Positions 25,445 to 38,225 of a DNA stretch of 64,000 nt are shown here, piece by piece (within the stretch, counting starts at the first letter, position 1; each line of letters opens with the position of its first letter). The position numbers and the translations under genes were made by a program. Origin of the DNA: Cetorhinus maximus (taxonomy: Eukaryota); contig NC_135889.1 of the NCBI RefSeq assembly GCF_964194155.1, positions 106,578,001-106,642,000 on the forward strand, read 5' to 3'. The notes beneath the pieces are model-generated. The model did no database searches. It saw only the letters and a list, made by a program, of their open reading frames with translations, and was not told the origin of the DNA.

Positions 25445-25512
25445 TGGAACTCTTTCCCCATTTGGAACTCCTTCCCATCTTGGAACTCCTTCCCCCCTTG
25501 GAACTCCTTCCA
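25445..25512 (+). repeat. 18-bp tandem repeat, about 4 copies (ttggaactccttccccat-like)
   Basis: Directly visible; gives the WNSFP repeats in the ORF track. Confidence 0.85.
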
Positions 25513-26429
25513 TTCACCCCAGGACTCCCCCCACCATCCCCAAACTACACACCCCCCTTAGATCTTCCCCTTTCCCAACTCCTTCCTCCACCCTTACTTC
25601 TTCCTCCACGCTTCCTCCTTCCCCTCTCCAGATTCCTTCCTCGCCTTTCTCTCTATGTCCTCGACAATCATCTGTTGTGAGCAGACCCTGAACGGTGCCT
25701 TCCAACTTCCGTGAGCTGATTCGCTGCAGAGCCATGTCCATGAGAATTCATCCAGCATGTCATGGACCTCCAGGGTCTGGTTGCTGTCAGGCTCCAGTGT
25801 CTTCTACTCCTTGGATGTCGGCAATGTGAGCAAGACCCTGGCGATAAGCCCTGACTTCTGCACATCACACTTATCAAAACGTGTTTGTCACCAGCGTGTT
25901 TTCCTGCTGCCATGGACGGATGATCCAGCCTGGAGGGGATGGTTCGGCGTCTAGACTTATAATGACTTGCAGATGTATTACAGTGAAGTTCCCGACATCC
26001 GACAGTGGGAAACGCAGCCCGCCATCGACAGGCAGAGCGGAAGATTGCAAACTGGTTTCACAACATCATGAAACCAAGTTTTGGCCTTCTCGCCATATTG
26101 TCCGCTCACACTGCCGAATGCATGGGAAATTTCACCCAACATTTCTGCCAACATGACCTTTGCTGGAAGGTGTAAATGTGTGTTTTTTAAATTCTTTCAT
26201 GGGATGTGAGTGTCACTGGCTGGGCCAGCATTTATCGACTATTCCTAATTGCCTTTGAGAAGGTAGTGGTAAGTTGCCTTCTTGAATTGCTGCAGTCCAC
26301 ATGGTGTAGGTACACCCACAGTGTGGCCATTGGATGAAGGTCGAATTAGGATCTGCTACAACACTTAGGAAAATAATCTGTTGGCAGGCTGATATATGAG
26401 AAATAATTTCCTGGGTTGGATGATTGCAT

Positions 26430-27490
26430 AGGAATAGAATAGAACATTTAGTCCCTCAGGTATATTCCATTCAATGAGAACATGACTGATTTGCAATCTA
26501 ATCCACATATTCACCTTTTCCCCTTGTGCCATAATACTGTTGGTTAACAAAAATCTATTAACCTCGGCTTTAAAACAAACAATTGATCCAGCATCAATTG
26601 CTGTTTGTGGCAGACAGTTCTTTTGCATGTGGAAGTGTTTCCTAATTTCACTCCTGGTCTTAGACCCTCCAGCCAGCGGGAATAGTTTCTCTCTATCTAT
26701 CCTGATTGTTCCCCTTAATAGCTTGAAAATTTTGATCAAATCATCCATTAACCTTCTAAATTCCAGGAAACACAACCCTAGTTTGTGTAATATCTCCTCG
26801 TATGGTAGCCCTTGAAACTAGAGGCTGAATCTTCGGCTCGGCGAGGCATAAAATGACGTGGGGTGACATCAGGCATGCGTCCCAACATCACCGTGCGTCA
26901 TTTAGATTTTTAGTTCAGTGGGCGCACAGCCGAGTTGGCTGCGTGCCCACCGAACTGTCAAAGGCTGGTTAAGGCCATTAATGAACTAATTAAACCTATT
27001 GAAAAAACTGCCCATCCAACCTTAAGGTTGGGGGGTGCAGGTGAAGAGCCCAGGCGGCCTTTGCATTTTTCAAGGAACCTCATCCACGGGCGGGATGAGG
27101 TTTCAAGAACGATTTAAAATTTTCAGAAAAACTTCTATTAAAATTAATGCACATATCCCAGCTCATGAGGGGACATGTCATAAAAATGTTTGCAACACTT
27201 TATCAGGCTGTTTAAACTTAAAACTAATCTCCCTGAGGCACCCCCACAGGGAGCGCTCAGCGCTTCCAGGCGCACGTCAAGCTGGGTGGACCTTAAGTGG
27301 CCCGCCCACGTAAAATGGCGACGCCCAGCCGATAGAGGGTGCCAATCGGCTCTGCGCCCACCCGCGCCCGCTCCCACACAATCCCCCAATGGGGAGAAAA
27401 TTCTCCCCCAGATATCATTCTAGTAAATCTATCCTTCACTCTCTCCAAAGTCAATATATCCTTCCTATAAGGCGTGGTGGCCAGAATTGC
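26430..27490 (-). mobile_element. CR1 3' fragment interrupted by a MITE
   Basis: ORFs give LEFRRLMDDLIKIFK...DREKLFPL and PYRKDILTLERVKDRFTRMI on either side of the MITE. Confidence 0.8.
26822..27408 (+). mobile_element. MITE related to H1 termini
   Basis: Ends aggctgaatctt / aaaattctcccc; flanks TAG / CAG; shares aacctcatccacgggcggga with 7216-7235 and aaaatggcg with 12161. Confidence 0.82.
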
Positions 27491-27553
27491 ACCTGGTGCT
27501 GGAGAATGATCAATGACATCCATTGAATTATGCTCCAAAAATGCTAGGAAGCA

Positions 27554-29108
27554 ATTTAATTTGGTTTTGATGAGAATTATCCCGAGGGCTCTGTGAATCA
27601 TATAAGTATATAATTTACAACACAGGAGACGATACAGCCCATCGTGCCTGTGCTGTGTCTTTTATCCATGCCCTTCTACTATTTTTCAAATATTTACCCA
27701 CCTCTGTTTTGAGATCAGTTACGGATTTTACTTCCATCACTGCTTCTGGAGTGCATTCCAAATCCTAACAACCCTCATGTAAAATAAATTATGCTCACCT
27801 TTGCTTTATTGGCAAGGATCTTAAATTTATGTTTGCTATTTACCGACTCACTGGTCAGTGGAATTAGTATGTCCCTGTTCATCTCATTGAAACCTCTGTC
27901 AGATGTCTGTCTTGGTGAAAAGGGCCCCAGTTGCTATAGTCATTATCAATAGGTTTGTAATTTTGTTACATACAATGATTAGGGGAAGTCTTCCGCCCTA
28001 TATATTAACAGCAACCGGATAAACGGTGCAAGATTCCCTCTAATCGCTGTTGATGGGGAAATCATATGTGCAGGCTTCTAGAATGCATTGGTGATTTCAC
28101 TAGAAATATAATCCATAGGAAATCTTTGTCATGCATATGATGCTGGTTTCAATTATTTCAAGAAATGAGGGGACGGGAATAATACTTTAAATTGTAGCCG
28201 GGAAATGAACGGAGATGCAGGCTTTCCCACTGCTATGATTTCCCTTTGTCTTTTGGAACAAAGTGCCCCACAGTGTCAACAGTCTCATCTGTGAAGATAT
28301 AAGAGAGAGTTTGCATTATTAGACTCCAGACACTGAAAAGACTTTGGGTGTGTATACTGTAATTCACCATTACAGCAAAACAAAGGACTAACAATTGTTT
28401 ATTTTGAACACAGCAAATGACGAAGGACAAAAGGCATTAATTGGTTAGAATAGGGCGAGGTGGTTGGTGAGGCAGGGTTGGAGGGGGTGGGGTAGTGGTG
28501 GAATTTTGTCTGGCGACTGTTTAATAACAATATCATAAGCATGACAAAGATTTCCTATAAGTTCTATTTCTAGTGAAATCACCAATGCATACTAGAAGTC
28601 TACACACATGATTTTACCATCAACAGCAATTAGAGGAAATATTGCAGCATTTATGATGCCGCTATTAATAAACAGGGCAGAAGATTGACTTCCTCTGTCC
28701 AAAGATCACAAGCCCGTTAATAATTACTATAGCAACTGGGTCTCCTTCCACCGAGCCAGACATCTGATAGAGGCTTCAATGAGATGAACAGGGATATATT
28801 ACTTCCACTGGTCAGTGAGTTGGTAAATAGCAAACATAAATTTATGATCCTCGCCAATAAAGCAGAGATTAACAGAGTTCATTTTACATGAGGATTGTTA
28901 GGACTTGGATGCTACTGCAGAAATAGCGATTAAAGTAGAATCCATAATTGCTCTCAAAACAGAGGTAGATAAATATTTTAATAATAGCACAAGGGCAAGG
29001 ATAAAAACCAGCACAGGCACGATGGGCTGTATGGTCTCCTGTGTTATAAATTCTACTTTTATGATTCACAGAGCTCTCAGGATAATTCTTATCAAAACCA
29101 GATTAAAT
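27554..29108. repeat. Long inverted repeat: arms ~27554-28148 and ~28526-29108, spacer ~375 bp
   Basis: Arms are collinear reverse complements, e.g. ggttttgatgagaattatcc / ggataattcttatcaaaacc and gcattggtgatttcactagaaat / atttctagtgaaatcaccaatgc. Confidence 0.9.
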
Positions 29109-29199
29109 CTATCCCTATCATTTTCTGAGAACTTCAAATTGTTGATTGCCTGAAGCTCTGAAGATTAAAATAAAATAAACTCGTCAGATCTTGTGTCTT

Positions 29200-29420
29200 T
29201 TTTTTACACAGCAAGTTATTGTGCCCTGGAATGCACTGCCTGAAAGGGTGGAGGAAGCTGATTAAATAGTAACATTCAAAAGAGAACTGGATAAATATTT
29301 AGGAAAATATTTACATGGTGATGGAGAAAGTACAGGGGAGTGCGGCTAAATGAATAGATCTAACAAAGAGCCAGCACAGATACAATGGGCCGAATGGTCT
29401 ACTTCATTGCTGTATTCATT
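29200..29420 (+). mobile_element. CR1 3' fragment
   Basis: ctggaatgcactgcctgaaagggtggaggaagc...gggccgaatgg; near copy at 31511-31790. Confidence 0.75.
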
Positions 29421-29434
29421 CTTGATTATGAATA

Positions 29435-29820
29435 CTTGCTCTACTCGGAACACAGCAGGAGAATTTTAGGAGGACAGTGGAAACAGTTTAGGGATGTCCT
29501 CAAAGCATTCCTAAAGAGGTCAAACATCCCTGCCACCTCATGGAAGTCCTCGGCCAGTGACCGACCAAAATAGAGAAGTCTCATCCAAGAAGACGCTGAA
29601 TGCATTGAGAGACTTCACCGGGAATGTGCAGAAGCAAAGTTGTGGTGTCAGAGGGAGCGTACAATCCTCCAAACTACCCATCTATCCAACTCTTCAAGCA
29701 CCACCAGCCCCACATGTGGTAGAGTCTGCAGATTGTGCATTGGACTTAGCTGGTATCTCAGAACCCACTGAAACGGAGTGAAAGCAAATCATTCTCAATC
29801 CCAAGGGACTGACTAAGACA
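29435..29820 (+). mobile_element. RTE (BovB-like) LINE 3' end
   Basis: GGQWKQFRDVLKAFLKRSNIPATSW..ASDRPK followed by a decayed C2H2 motif (PTCGRVC...LRTH*), typical of the RTE C-terminus. Confidence 0.7.
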
Positions 29821-30169
29821 GAGATAAGAGCATGAGGCAGGTTCCTTAAATGTATCGCTAACCAAGCACTCGCCATTGGTCAGGTGATGAGCGAACCTTT
29901 CCTTGATCCCTGACAAGGTCAGGAGCTAAAGTTTTTAGCGGGCACAGCATGCTTAGAATGATGGGTTTCTTCCCCTCCTCCCCATTCATTTACAGTCCCC
30001 AATCTCTGACAGCCCAGCACTTTGTAAGCAGCACATCCATGCTCCTGGTAAATCATGTCCTGTTTTCGCTTTTGGCGGCTGTTGTAATATCCTCCCCATT
30101 CCTGCTGGACTGGTTACTGTTGCATGGCTGACCCCTGGCAGCTTTGTTGATAAAACATGGATGCTCCTG

Positions 30170-31510
30170 GGTGAATTGGGATCAGGTGAGATGTTAAAAC
30201 CTTAAAAGTTTCAAACCTGACTCTAATCCACCTCCAAAGCATTCACTTCCCAGTTTCATGAAGGTGAGATGTAGGGTGGGCAGTTTACCTGCTTCCAAGA
30301 GACAGGTTGGCAATTGAAATATGTTAATGAGGCTGGCAGCCTCAGACTTAACCTACTTTTCAGGTTAACCCCTGGCCAGCTAGGTTTCCCAAACCTCAGG
30401 AAACCAGGCAGCTGAAGGGAGGTGGGGCAACTTTGGGGAGAAGATAAGTGCCCTCACAGGACTACTTGTGAGCCAGGAAGAGGAGTGCTCACCCCAACTC
30501 TCCAAGCTTGTACCTCTTGCATCGGATTAGACCCTGCCCCGTCTTCCCCATTCAAAGACCATCTGATGTTGGTGATCAAACGCTCCTGGGATTGGGCCCC
30601 CATACCCTGTCCCCCAGAATAAGGAAAGCAGATGTGTCTTATACAAACAGATGAGGAATTTTGATGGAGAAGAGAGGGAGTAATTGTTTCCACTGGCAGG
30701 AGGGCCAGTGGTCAGAAGACACAGTGGGGAGTCTTGTGAAGGTGACAGGGGTCACGGCAGATGGCTGGACAGCCAGCGAGAGTTCCACATCACCCCTTTT
30801 TGGGAAGGCCACAGCATTTTGTTCCACTCAGGCACTTGACAGGCCATCAGCAGGCCTTCCCCCAGGATCAAGGACCCCCATGAGCCCTCTAGACATAGAG
30901 GCCAGCAGCACTATTGAACGATAGCATCATCAGGGAGGCAGTAGCTACTGCTGGTATGACACCCGCCCAAGGCTTCAGATCACAATGGGACCCAGGCCTC
31001 AGGTGAGTGATGGCGGGAGGGGAGGTCATGAGGGTGGGGATCCCGGGGGAGGGGTTCAACAGCAAGGACGAGGGTTGGCTTTCAGTGCACCCCCACCCCC
31101 CCCAACCCCACCCCCCACCACACCGCCCACCCACCAGCCCCCCACCCCCCCCCCCCACCCCCGCCCCACTCCCCACCCCACCCCACCCCACCCCACTCCC
31201 TGATGCCGGGTCTCTCAATCAGGTACTGGGTACCTTTGAACGAGGGATGGCCCCTGAGAGCCTGCAAGCAACTCAACAGCGTTTGCTTGTCCTGCTCCCG
31301 GCATTGGGATTTCCCCTGCCTGCCGCAAGGTTAATACCAGCGGTGGTGGGGTTAAACCCTTAAGTGGGCATGAACTGCCCACTTAAGAGCCTCAATTTGG
31401 CGGCGAGGCAGGAAGGTCGTCCTCAGGGTCCCAACCCCCACCCTCCCATCCGATTAAATGCACCCACTACCCACCAAACTCGCCATGGGGGAAGGCACAA
31501 GATTGTGCCC
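30170..31510. mobile_element. Decayed Harbinger-type non-autonomous element(s)
   Basis: GC-rich, ends caagattgtgccc at 31510 with a subterminal ttaagtggg...cccacttaag motif; left boundary uncertain. Confidence 0.5.
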
Positions 31511-31790
31511 ATAGATTTAAAATAATTGGCAAAAACAAAGCCTGGGGGAAGATGTGGAGAATTTTACTTTACTCAGTGAGTTATGACCTGGAATGCACTG
31601 CCTGAAAGGGGTGTGGAAGCAGATTCAGTGGTAGCTTTCAAAAGAGAATGGGAACTTTATTTAAGAAGGGAACATTTGCAGTGGCTATAGGAAAAGAGCA
31701 GGGATTGATTGGGTAGCTCTTTCAGAAGAGAGCTGAAAGGCATGATGGGTCGAATGGCTTCCTTCAGTGCCATATGAGTCCATGACTCTA
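31511..31790 (+). mobile_element. CR1 3' fragment
   Basis: atagatttaaaataattggc...ctggaatgcactgcctgaaagg...tail catatgagtccatgactcta. Confidence 0.75.
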
Positions 31791-33959
31791 AGGGAAATTC
31801 GTGAGCAAAATTGCTTTGAGTAGCTGAGCATAAACCTAGCAATGTATTAAACTTAAGATTTAAATATTTGTACAGGCACCAACATCAAGAAAAGTGTGGG
31901 GTGGGGGGTGGGGGTTGCAGAGGTGGGCAAAGGCCTCAGGGGTAATGCAAGCTCAGCTTAACTAGCCTTTTCCCAAAAAACTGTTTAAATCCAACAATAT
32001 AAAACATAAAAAAAACTCTCCTTACTGGTGTAAAACCTCTCCTACGCCCTCGGGAGGAAATAGTACTCAATCTGCAGGCAGGTGGAGTTTGATTTCTGTC
32101 AGTTCTGACTTACATCCTGGAATGTTAAACCGAAGGGAAAAGGATGTTCCTTCTTTGAAAATGGGGGCGGGGATAGGGGTGCAGGACACATACCATGATC
32201 AACTGTCAGCACACTAATCGTGGAGACGCTGGATGCGGATTTACGTCGGGGATTCTTCCCAGTTGATTTTTTTTTAAACACACAGCACCTACATGAGCAT
32301 GCTGCACATCAGGACATGACTATCAGTCAGAGCAGGTTGTTTGTTCATTTAACTAGATACCATCTGTTTGCCAGATTCAGATCAGCACACTATGGTGTAT
32401 GTGATTAAAATACCTCCCAAAACGGCAACAGCTGTCAAACAGAACATTCATCTTGCTCCTTTGAGTCTATCCTGGAATCACTGCGATCCACAACTCCTGT
32501 AATACAACGTAAGAATGCAAAGTTTCAAATAACATAGTTATATGTTTTGCAATTCATATTTTAATCATTTTTTGATCAGGAAGTAATAACACACTACTTT
32601 CCGTTTCAGCCCATTTTGTGAGATTTATTACGCAGAAGATGACAAGTCTTTCTTTACTTGCAGAGATTTTATAGTCCCAAAGTACTTTACTGCCAATTTT
32701 GTTTCATCCATGGGAACAATGTTTACCACATATTAAAATATATCCCCTGACTTACAAGGAATTGCACTGCAATAATTGCTGCAAAAAATGTTCCAAAACA
32801 AAGGCAAAAATGTCACTGCTCCTCACATTTCATCCCACCTGCTTCCGGTTTACCATCTTATCTCCAATCTTTTCTATCACATACAACATGATTCCACCAC
32901 CAAACACATCAGTCCTGAACTCCCATGGAGGTTGTAACAGCCTCTTGCCATAACTCCAGCAGAATAATGACATCGCCAGCGAAACTGTGCAAATGATTGG
33001 AACAGCCAAATGCACCAATTTCCTTGGGGTGGGGAGTTCACCAATGTCTTCAATTCCTTTCCTCTCCTCTCTGCTTTCTTGAGGAACTGTTCTCTCCCTG
33101 ACAGTTTTGCCCTTTTACCAATCCAAGCTCCGGCTGCCCCTTCCCCTGGTACTTGCCGATGCGAACACCTGCCCAATCATCTCTTCCCATGCCATTACTC
33201 AAAGCCACAATCACTGCCTCTATGTGAGATAGCATTTTGGATGTACTTCCTACAATCTAATGCACTGCGGCCCAGAAATTTGTCACAGCTGGTCCCATTG
33301 CACCATTATTACTCCATTGTTTGAAGTAACATTGCCAGGGCAGAACTAGCTCTGAGGTATTTTCTGCTCTATTTTTACTGTGTATGGTGCAGTTTACTTT
33401 GCATAAGGAAGAGCAAATATGATTAGATAACCACTTTGCATAAAACCTATCTGTTGAAGCCACTCTCATTAGCCCCTCCCATGTTTCAATAAAGATCAGT
33501 GATGGCATAAGGAATGACATTTTCATCTTCCTTTCTCATGGAGTGAGGAGCGCTCAACTTTTATCTCACGGACATTTTCCAAGCTGAAACAGTGGACTGA
33601 AGCAATATCAACCATTCCCTCATAGGTCAGGTCGCCAATAATATCTTCAGGGAAGTCAGAAAATTCACCCGTTTTGCAACGATACCCAGGTAGCAATGAG
33701 AAATGGCTATTCATTTCTATCATGTTGCTGGATTCCCCAGAGTTCAGGGGCAACAGCAACATCCAGGGTGCGCCATGAGCTCTTATTTTGGAAATCTTGA
33801 CCTTTCCTGTATAGAAAGGCACTCCACTCCCTCAATTTCAAATAAGCTGTGACCGGCATCAATGAAGCCTGCATGTCAATGCCAGATTTGCAATGAGTTG
33901 TTACAGGAAGGCATTGAATTAGTCAAACCTTGAGGTACAGTTTGGAATTTCAAAAGGTT

Positions 33960-34180
33960 GAAGCAGGGGCAGAGGTGGATGATGGTAATGAGGTGGAAGT
34001 AGGTCATTCTTGGATGGAGAGGTTATTTGTTCAGAAGCTGATCTTGGGTTCATATAGGTTGCGAACAGTCTGGTTCAACCTCAGACAATGGGAGAGATTG
34101 GAAAGGAATCGGTGGTGACGGTGTGGAGTTTCTGACAATGCCCAAAGACAATGGCGTTAGGTTTTGCAATGTTTATCAGG
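33960..34180 (-). mobile_element. Old L2-like fragment
   Basis: gaggtggaagtaggtc...ggttgcgaacagtctggttcaacctcagac resembles the reverse strand of the L2 post-RT region. Confidence 0.45.
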
Positions 34181-35104
34181 CTATGCAAGTTACCTCCAGT
34201 ACTAATTTATTAATGTTGCTTTAATTATCGATAATGTTACATATATTTTAAAATTACATTTTGACTTCATGTTTTTTTTTAAATACCACTGTTGTGTCTT
34301 TTTGCAGACTGACGCTTCTGTCACTTCGATTGATTAATATGACGCTTACCAGAGAAAGCAAGATCTCGGGAATTGAGTTGAAATTCAGACTCAATTGGAA
34401 AGCTGACGGTTGATTGATTTCAAATTATGTGAAATACACAATAAGAGGAAGCTGGAACATCGAGATGGTAAAATCCTTGTAGGAGCTACATTAAATAACT
34501 ACGTGGTTAGAGAAAGGCAACTAAATGCTGAGATAATCAGGACAGGAAACCTATAGTATCAACTCCGAAGGGATCATTATCAATGACTTGAAATTTTTTA
34601 ATAGATAATATGTAAGGAAAGCCAAAGAATTGCAAGGTAGCACACAAATTACTTCAAAACCACACTTGGTTTCACAGATAGTAGCTAATCTAATATCAAT
34701 AATGGCACAGAAATTGCTGTGGCAAGTCAATGTGTGGTATCCACTGTTAGACCGCCCTTTCCCGTTTAATGTCACTGCACATCTCTGCATTAGACGATGG
34801 AAACAGCCTTACACACTCTCAGGGATTTGAGTGATCAGAGCAGGTGACTGTACATCCTTTACCAATCAGATTGGTGGATTCTGAAATCAAGAATGCAGAG
34901 AAGGAAGTGGAGTTTAAAATGATGGATTCAATGTGAAATCAGGCACAGGAAGAAGTCAAGAAAGAGAAAAAAGATAGGATTAAGAGACAGTGCAAAAAGA
35001 GACAAAGAAAAAGTAAAAAACATTTTCTTTTAATCATCAACAATTAAATCCTGAAAGAATGAAACTCTGTGCTGATAATAGTTAATTTTCATTGCCAGAG
35101 AGGC

Positions 35105-35697
35105 TCACAGAATCTCAGAATCTTAATGGCACAGAAGGAGGCCATTCGGCCCATCATGCCTGCACCAGCTCTCCAAATGAGCATTATGACCTAGTGCCAT
35201 TGCCCTGCCTTTTCCCTGTACCCTTGCACATTTTTTCTATTCAAATAATCATCAAATGTCCTCTTAAATGCCTTGATTGAGCCTGCCTCCACCATACTTC
35301 CACTCGTTGTGTGAAAAATTTTTTCTCACATCACACTTGCTTCTTTTGCAAATCGCTTTAAACCTGTGTCCTCTCATTCTTGATCCTTTACAAGTGGGAA
35401 CAGCTTCTCCCTATCTACTCTACCCAGCCCTCTCATGATTGTGAACTTCTCCATCAAATCTCCTCTCAGCCTTCTTCTCTCCAAGGAGAACAGACCCAAC
35501 CTTTCCAATCTATCCCCATAGTTGAAGTTTCTCATTCCTGGAACCATACTTGTAAATCTCTTCTGCACTCTCCAATGTGTTCACATCCTTCCTATAATAT
35601 GGTGCCCAGAACTGTACACAATATTCCAGTTGAGGTCTAATGAGTGTCTTATATAAATTCAGCATAACCTCCTTGCTCTTGTACTCTATGCCCCTAT
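35105..35697 (-). mobile_element. CR1 3' fragment
   Basis: RGIEYKSKEVMLNLYKTLIRPQLEYCVQFWAP and LFSLERRRLRGDL; tail cacagaatctcagaatc. Confidence 0.9.
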
Positions 35698-35734
35698 GCT
35701 GGCAGTAGTTAATATTTATCACGTTATTCAATCA

Positions 35735-36605
35735 GGACCACTCTGCCCCAGGCTTCATTACATCCTTGATCCAAACATGGATAAAAGGGCTGAATTTCAG
35801 GGGTGAGGTGAGAGTGATTGCCTTTGATATCACTTCAGAATTCGCCCAGGTGTGGCATCAAGAAACCCTTACAAAATTGAAATCAATGGGAATTAGAGGG
35901 AAAATTCTCCATTGGTTGTTCTATACAAGCTCAAAGGAAGGTGGCTGTGGTCGTTGGTGGCCAATCATTTTAGCCCCAGGACATCGCTGCAGGAGCTCCT
36001 CAGGGTAGTGTCTTAGGCTCAGCAATCTTCAGCTGCCAATAAATGACTTTCCCTCTAACATAAGGTCAGAAGTGAGGATGTTCACTGATGATTGCACAGT
36101 GTTCAGTACCTTCACAACTCCTCAGATAATGATACAGTCCGTGCCTACATGCAGAAAAACCTGGGCAACATTCAGGCTTGGGCTAATGAGCAGCAAGTGA
36201 CATTCACACCATGCAATTACCAGGCAATGCCATCTCCAACAAGAGAGAATCTAACTACCACACTTGACATTCAATGGCATCATTGTCAAATCCCCCACCA
36301 TAAATATCCTGGGACCACCTTTGACCACAAAGTTAGCTGAATGAGCCACAGAAATACAGTGGCTACAAAAGTAGGTCAGAATCTGGGTATTTTACCTCGT
36401 GTGCCTCACTTCCTGAATCCCCAAAGCCTATCCACCATCTACAAGGCACAAGTCAGGAGTGTGATGGAATACTCTCCACTTGCCTGGATGAGTGCATCTC
36501 CCACAACACTCAAGAAGCTTGAAACCATCCAAAACAAAGCTATCGCTTGATCAGCACCCTAATCATCTTAACACATTCACTAACCCTATCACCGGCACAG
36601 TAGCG
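35735..36605 (+). mobile_element. Second CR1/L2-group LINE family, RT fragment
   Basis: VRVIAFDITSEFAQVWHQ, PQGSVLG, MFTDD and IYKAQVRSVMEYSPLAW; same family as 53250-56310. Confidence 0.8.
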
Positions 36606-37989
36606 GAATGGTGTGCTAGTACGAGTGAAAGGCTTTATAAGATGATTATGTTTTGAACTGTCTTATTTAATTCAGTGGAATATTGGAGAGGCATATGTGA
36701 CCTCCTATTAGTTCTGAAAGAAAAAAATCAAGCCCCTTTGTTCTTTCTCCATATATGCACAATATTATTTCTATGCCTTACTGTGGATTTCTTTGTTGTC
36801 ATTGATGGGGTGAGAATGTGTGGTCTGACATGGCAAATACTATGATATCAAGATGACAAAAGGGGCATAAGCATATTTGGACATCAATAAAATTACTTTG
36901 TATGGCCCACATGAAGCACTTTGTAAACAATGGTTGCAACAAGTTAACATGACTAACAAGGATTAAGGTAAACACACAGCAGTTATTCAATAGATTGTAC
37001 TCATACCTGTGTTGCTTGTCTTCATGCATACAGTATTACTGTGGTTACTTGAGATAGGCTACCACATTACTGCCTCACTTTGCTTTATTTTGCACATTAT
37101 GTTGTGACAGTTAAGATCTGCAGTTATGTTGAGCCTGCAAAAAATATGGTAATGTGTTCAGAATTAGCCTTAGAAAGACAAATAACCTACATGGTTTAAG
37201 GAAAGTACTGCGTTAATGTTTTTGTCATTACTTAGTTCCTGCATGTCAGCAGTTTACACAATATCATTCACCCTTTAATGTAATTAGAGCAATAATAATT
37301 TTTTAAAAATGAACATTAAAGATTCAAAAAGCAAATAAATTCCCAGAGGGTCTTAAGTATGCAAATTATGCTGTTAATATTCAAAACAGTGTTTCAAGAA
37401 ACTGCAAGGCATATGAAGTAGGGTTGGTGCCTTTGTAAGATAATCCTTTGTAATGGTTTGATTTTTTTAAAAATGCCACTAAGGTTGAAATCCTATCGTT
37501 TAAATGTTTATTGTTAAGATCTTGTGGAATTATAGGGATACTCTTATCAAGGACACTTGGTCTACAAGAAGCACCAGCTAGTGTATACATTAAGATTTAG
37601 TGAGAAAGCATGTGTTGCGAATTTTGCACCAACCAGAATTGGACACATCTTTACCATGCTGAATCTTCCACAGTCAGGCCTAATTATGTTTATGCATTGA
37701 GATCCAGTTGCCATTGCTTGCTGGATGATTGTTGAGGGGGTGGGGTGGGTCAGGACAGCTAGTGCTGCTGCAAAGACCTGTGAAGACTAGCAGCAGCAGT
37801 TTTAGAGAGGAAGAGGGTTTTGATTGATAATAGTTCGACCATGTTACAAATCATTACCTCAATGGAAGGGAGGTATCCAGGATTCTTCCTCCAATTTAAC
37901 TGGAATTGCTACCGGGAGAAAGACAACAGAGCAATAGAAGATGATTGCCTCATTTAACACCACAGGGAAACTACAGCACGATGTGAGTA

Positions 37990-38225
37990 AACACTTCTAT
38001 ATGCAAAGGGTGGTGACAGTGTGTATTGCACTTGATAAAAAGCAATAGATGCTAGCTCAATTGGCCTCTGTAACTCAGAGATCAATAGATTTTTGCTAAC
38101 CAATGGTATAGGATTGTGAAGGCAAGGCAGAGGGATGGAGTTAGGATATGGATCAAACAAGATCCCATTGAATGGTAGAACAGGCTTGAGAGGCTGAATG
38201 ACCTACTCCTGTTCCTATATGTTCT
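37990..38225 (+). mobile_element. CR1 3' fragment
   Basis: gagatcaatagatttttgctaacc...attgaatggtagaacaggcttgagaggctgaatgacctactcctgttcc. Confidence 0.7.

Larger units (their letters stand above)
22909..26137 (-). mobile_element. Harbinger derivative (H3) carrying the Myb/SANT gene but no transposase
   Basis: Both ends are homologous to the reverse complement of the H2 ends; AAC at 22906-22908 and 26138-26140; no DDE motifs seen inside. Confidence 0.8.

Noticed and set aside
31085-31200. Poly-C tract, G-quadruplex potential, Pro-rich ORFs
   Set aside because: Low-complexity tract within a decayed element; similar tracts at 6170-6215 and 25000-25620.
32099-33822. Possible minus-strand host exons (KKKSTGKNPRRKSASSVS with a GTAAGT donor; hydrophobic LAVPIICTVSLAMSLFCW; 99-aa ORF after an acceptor-like site)
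   Set aside because: No recognisable protein family and no consistent exon chain; needs BLASTX or RNA-seq.
34290-34475. Plus-strand acceptor and donor pair
   Set aside because: Stops in all three frames; no support beyond splice-like motifs.
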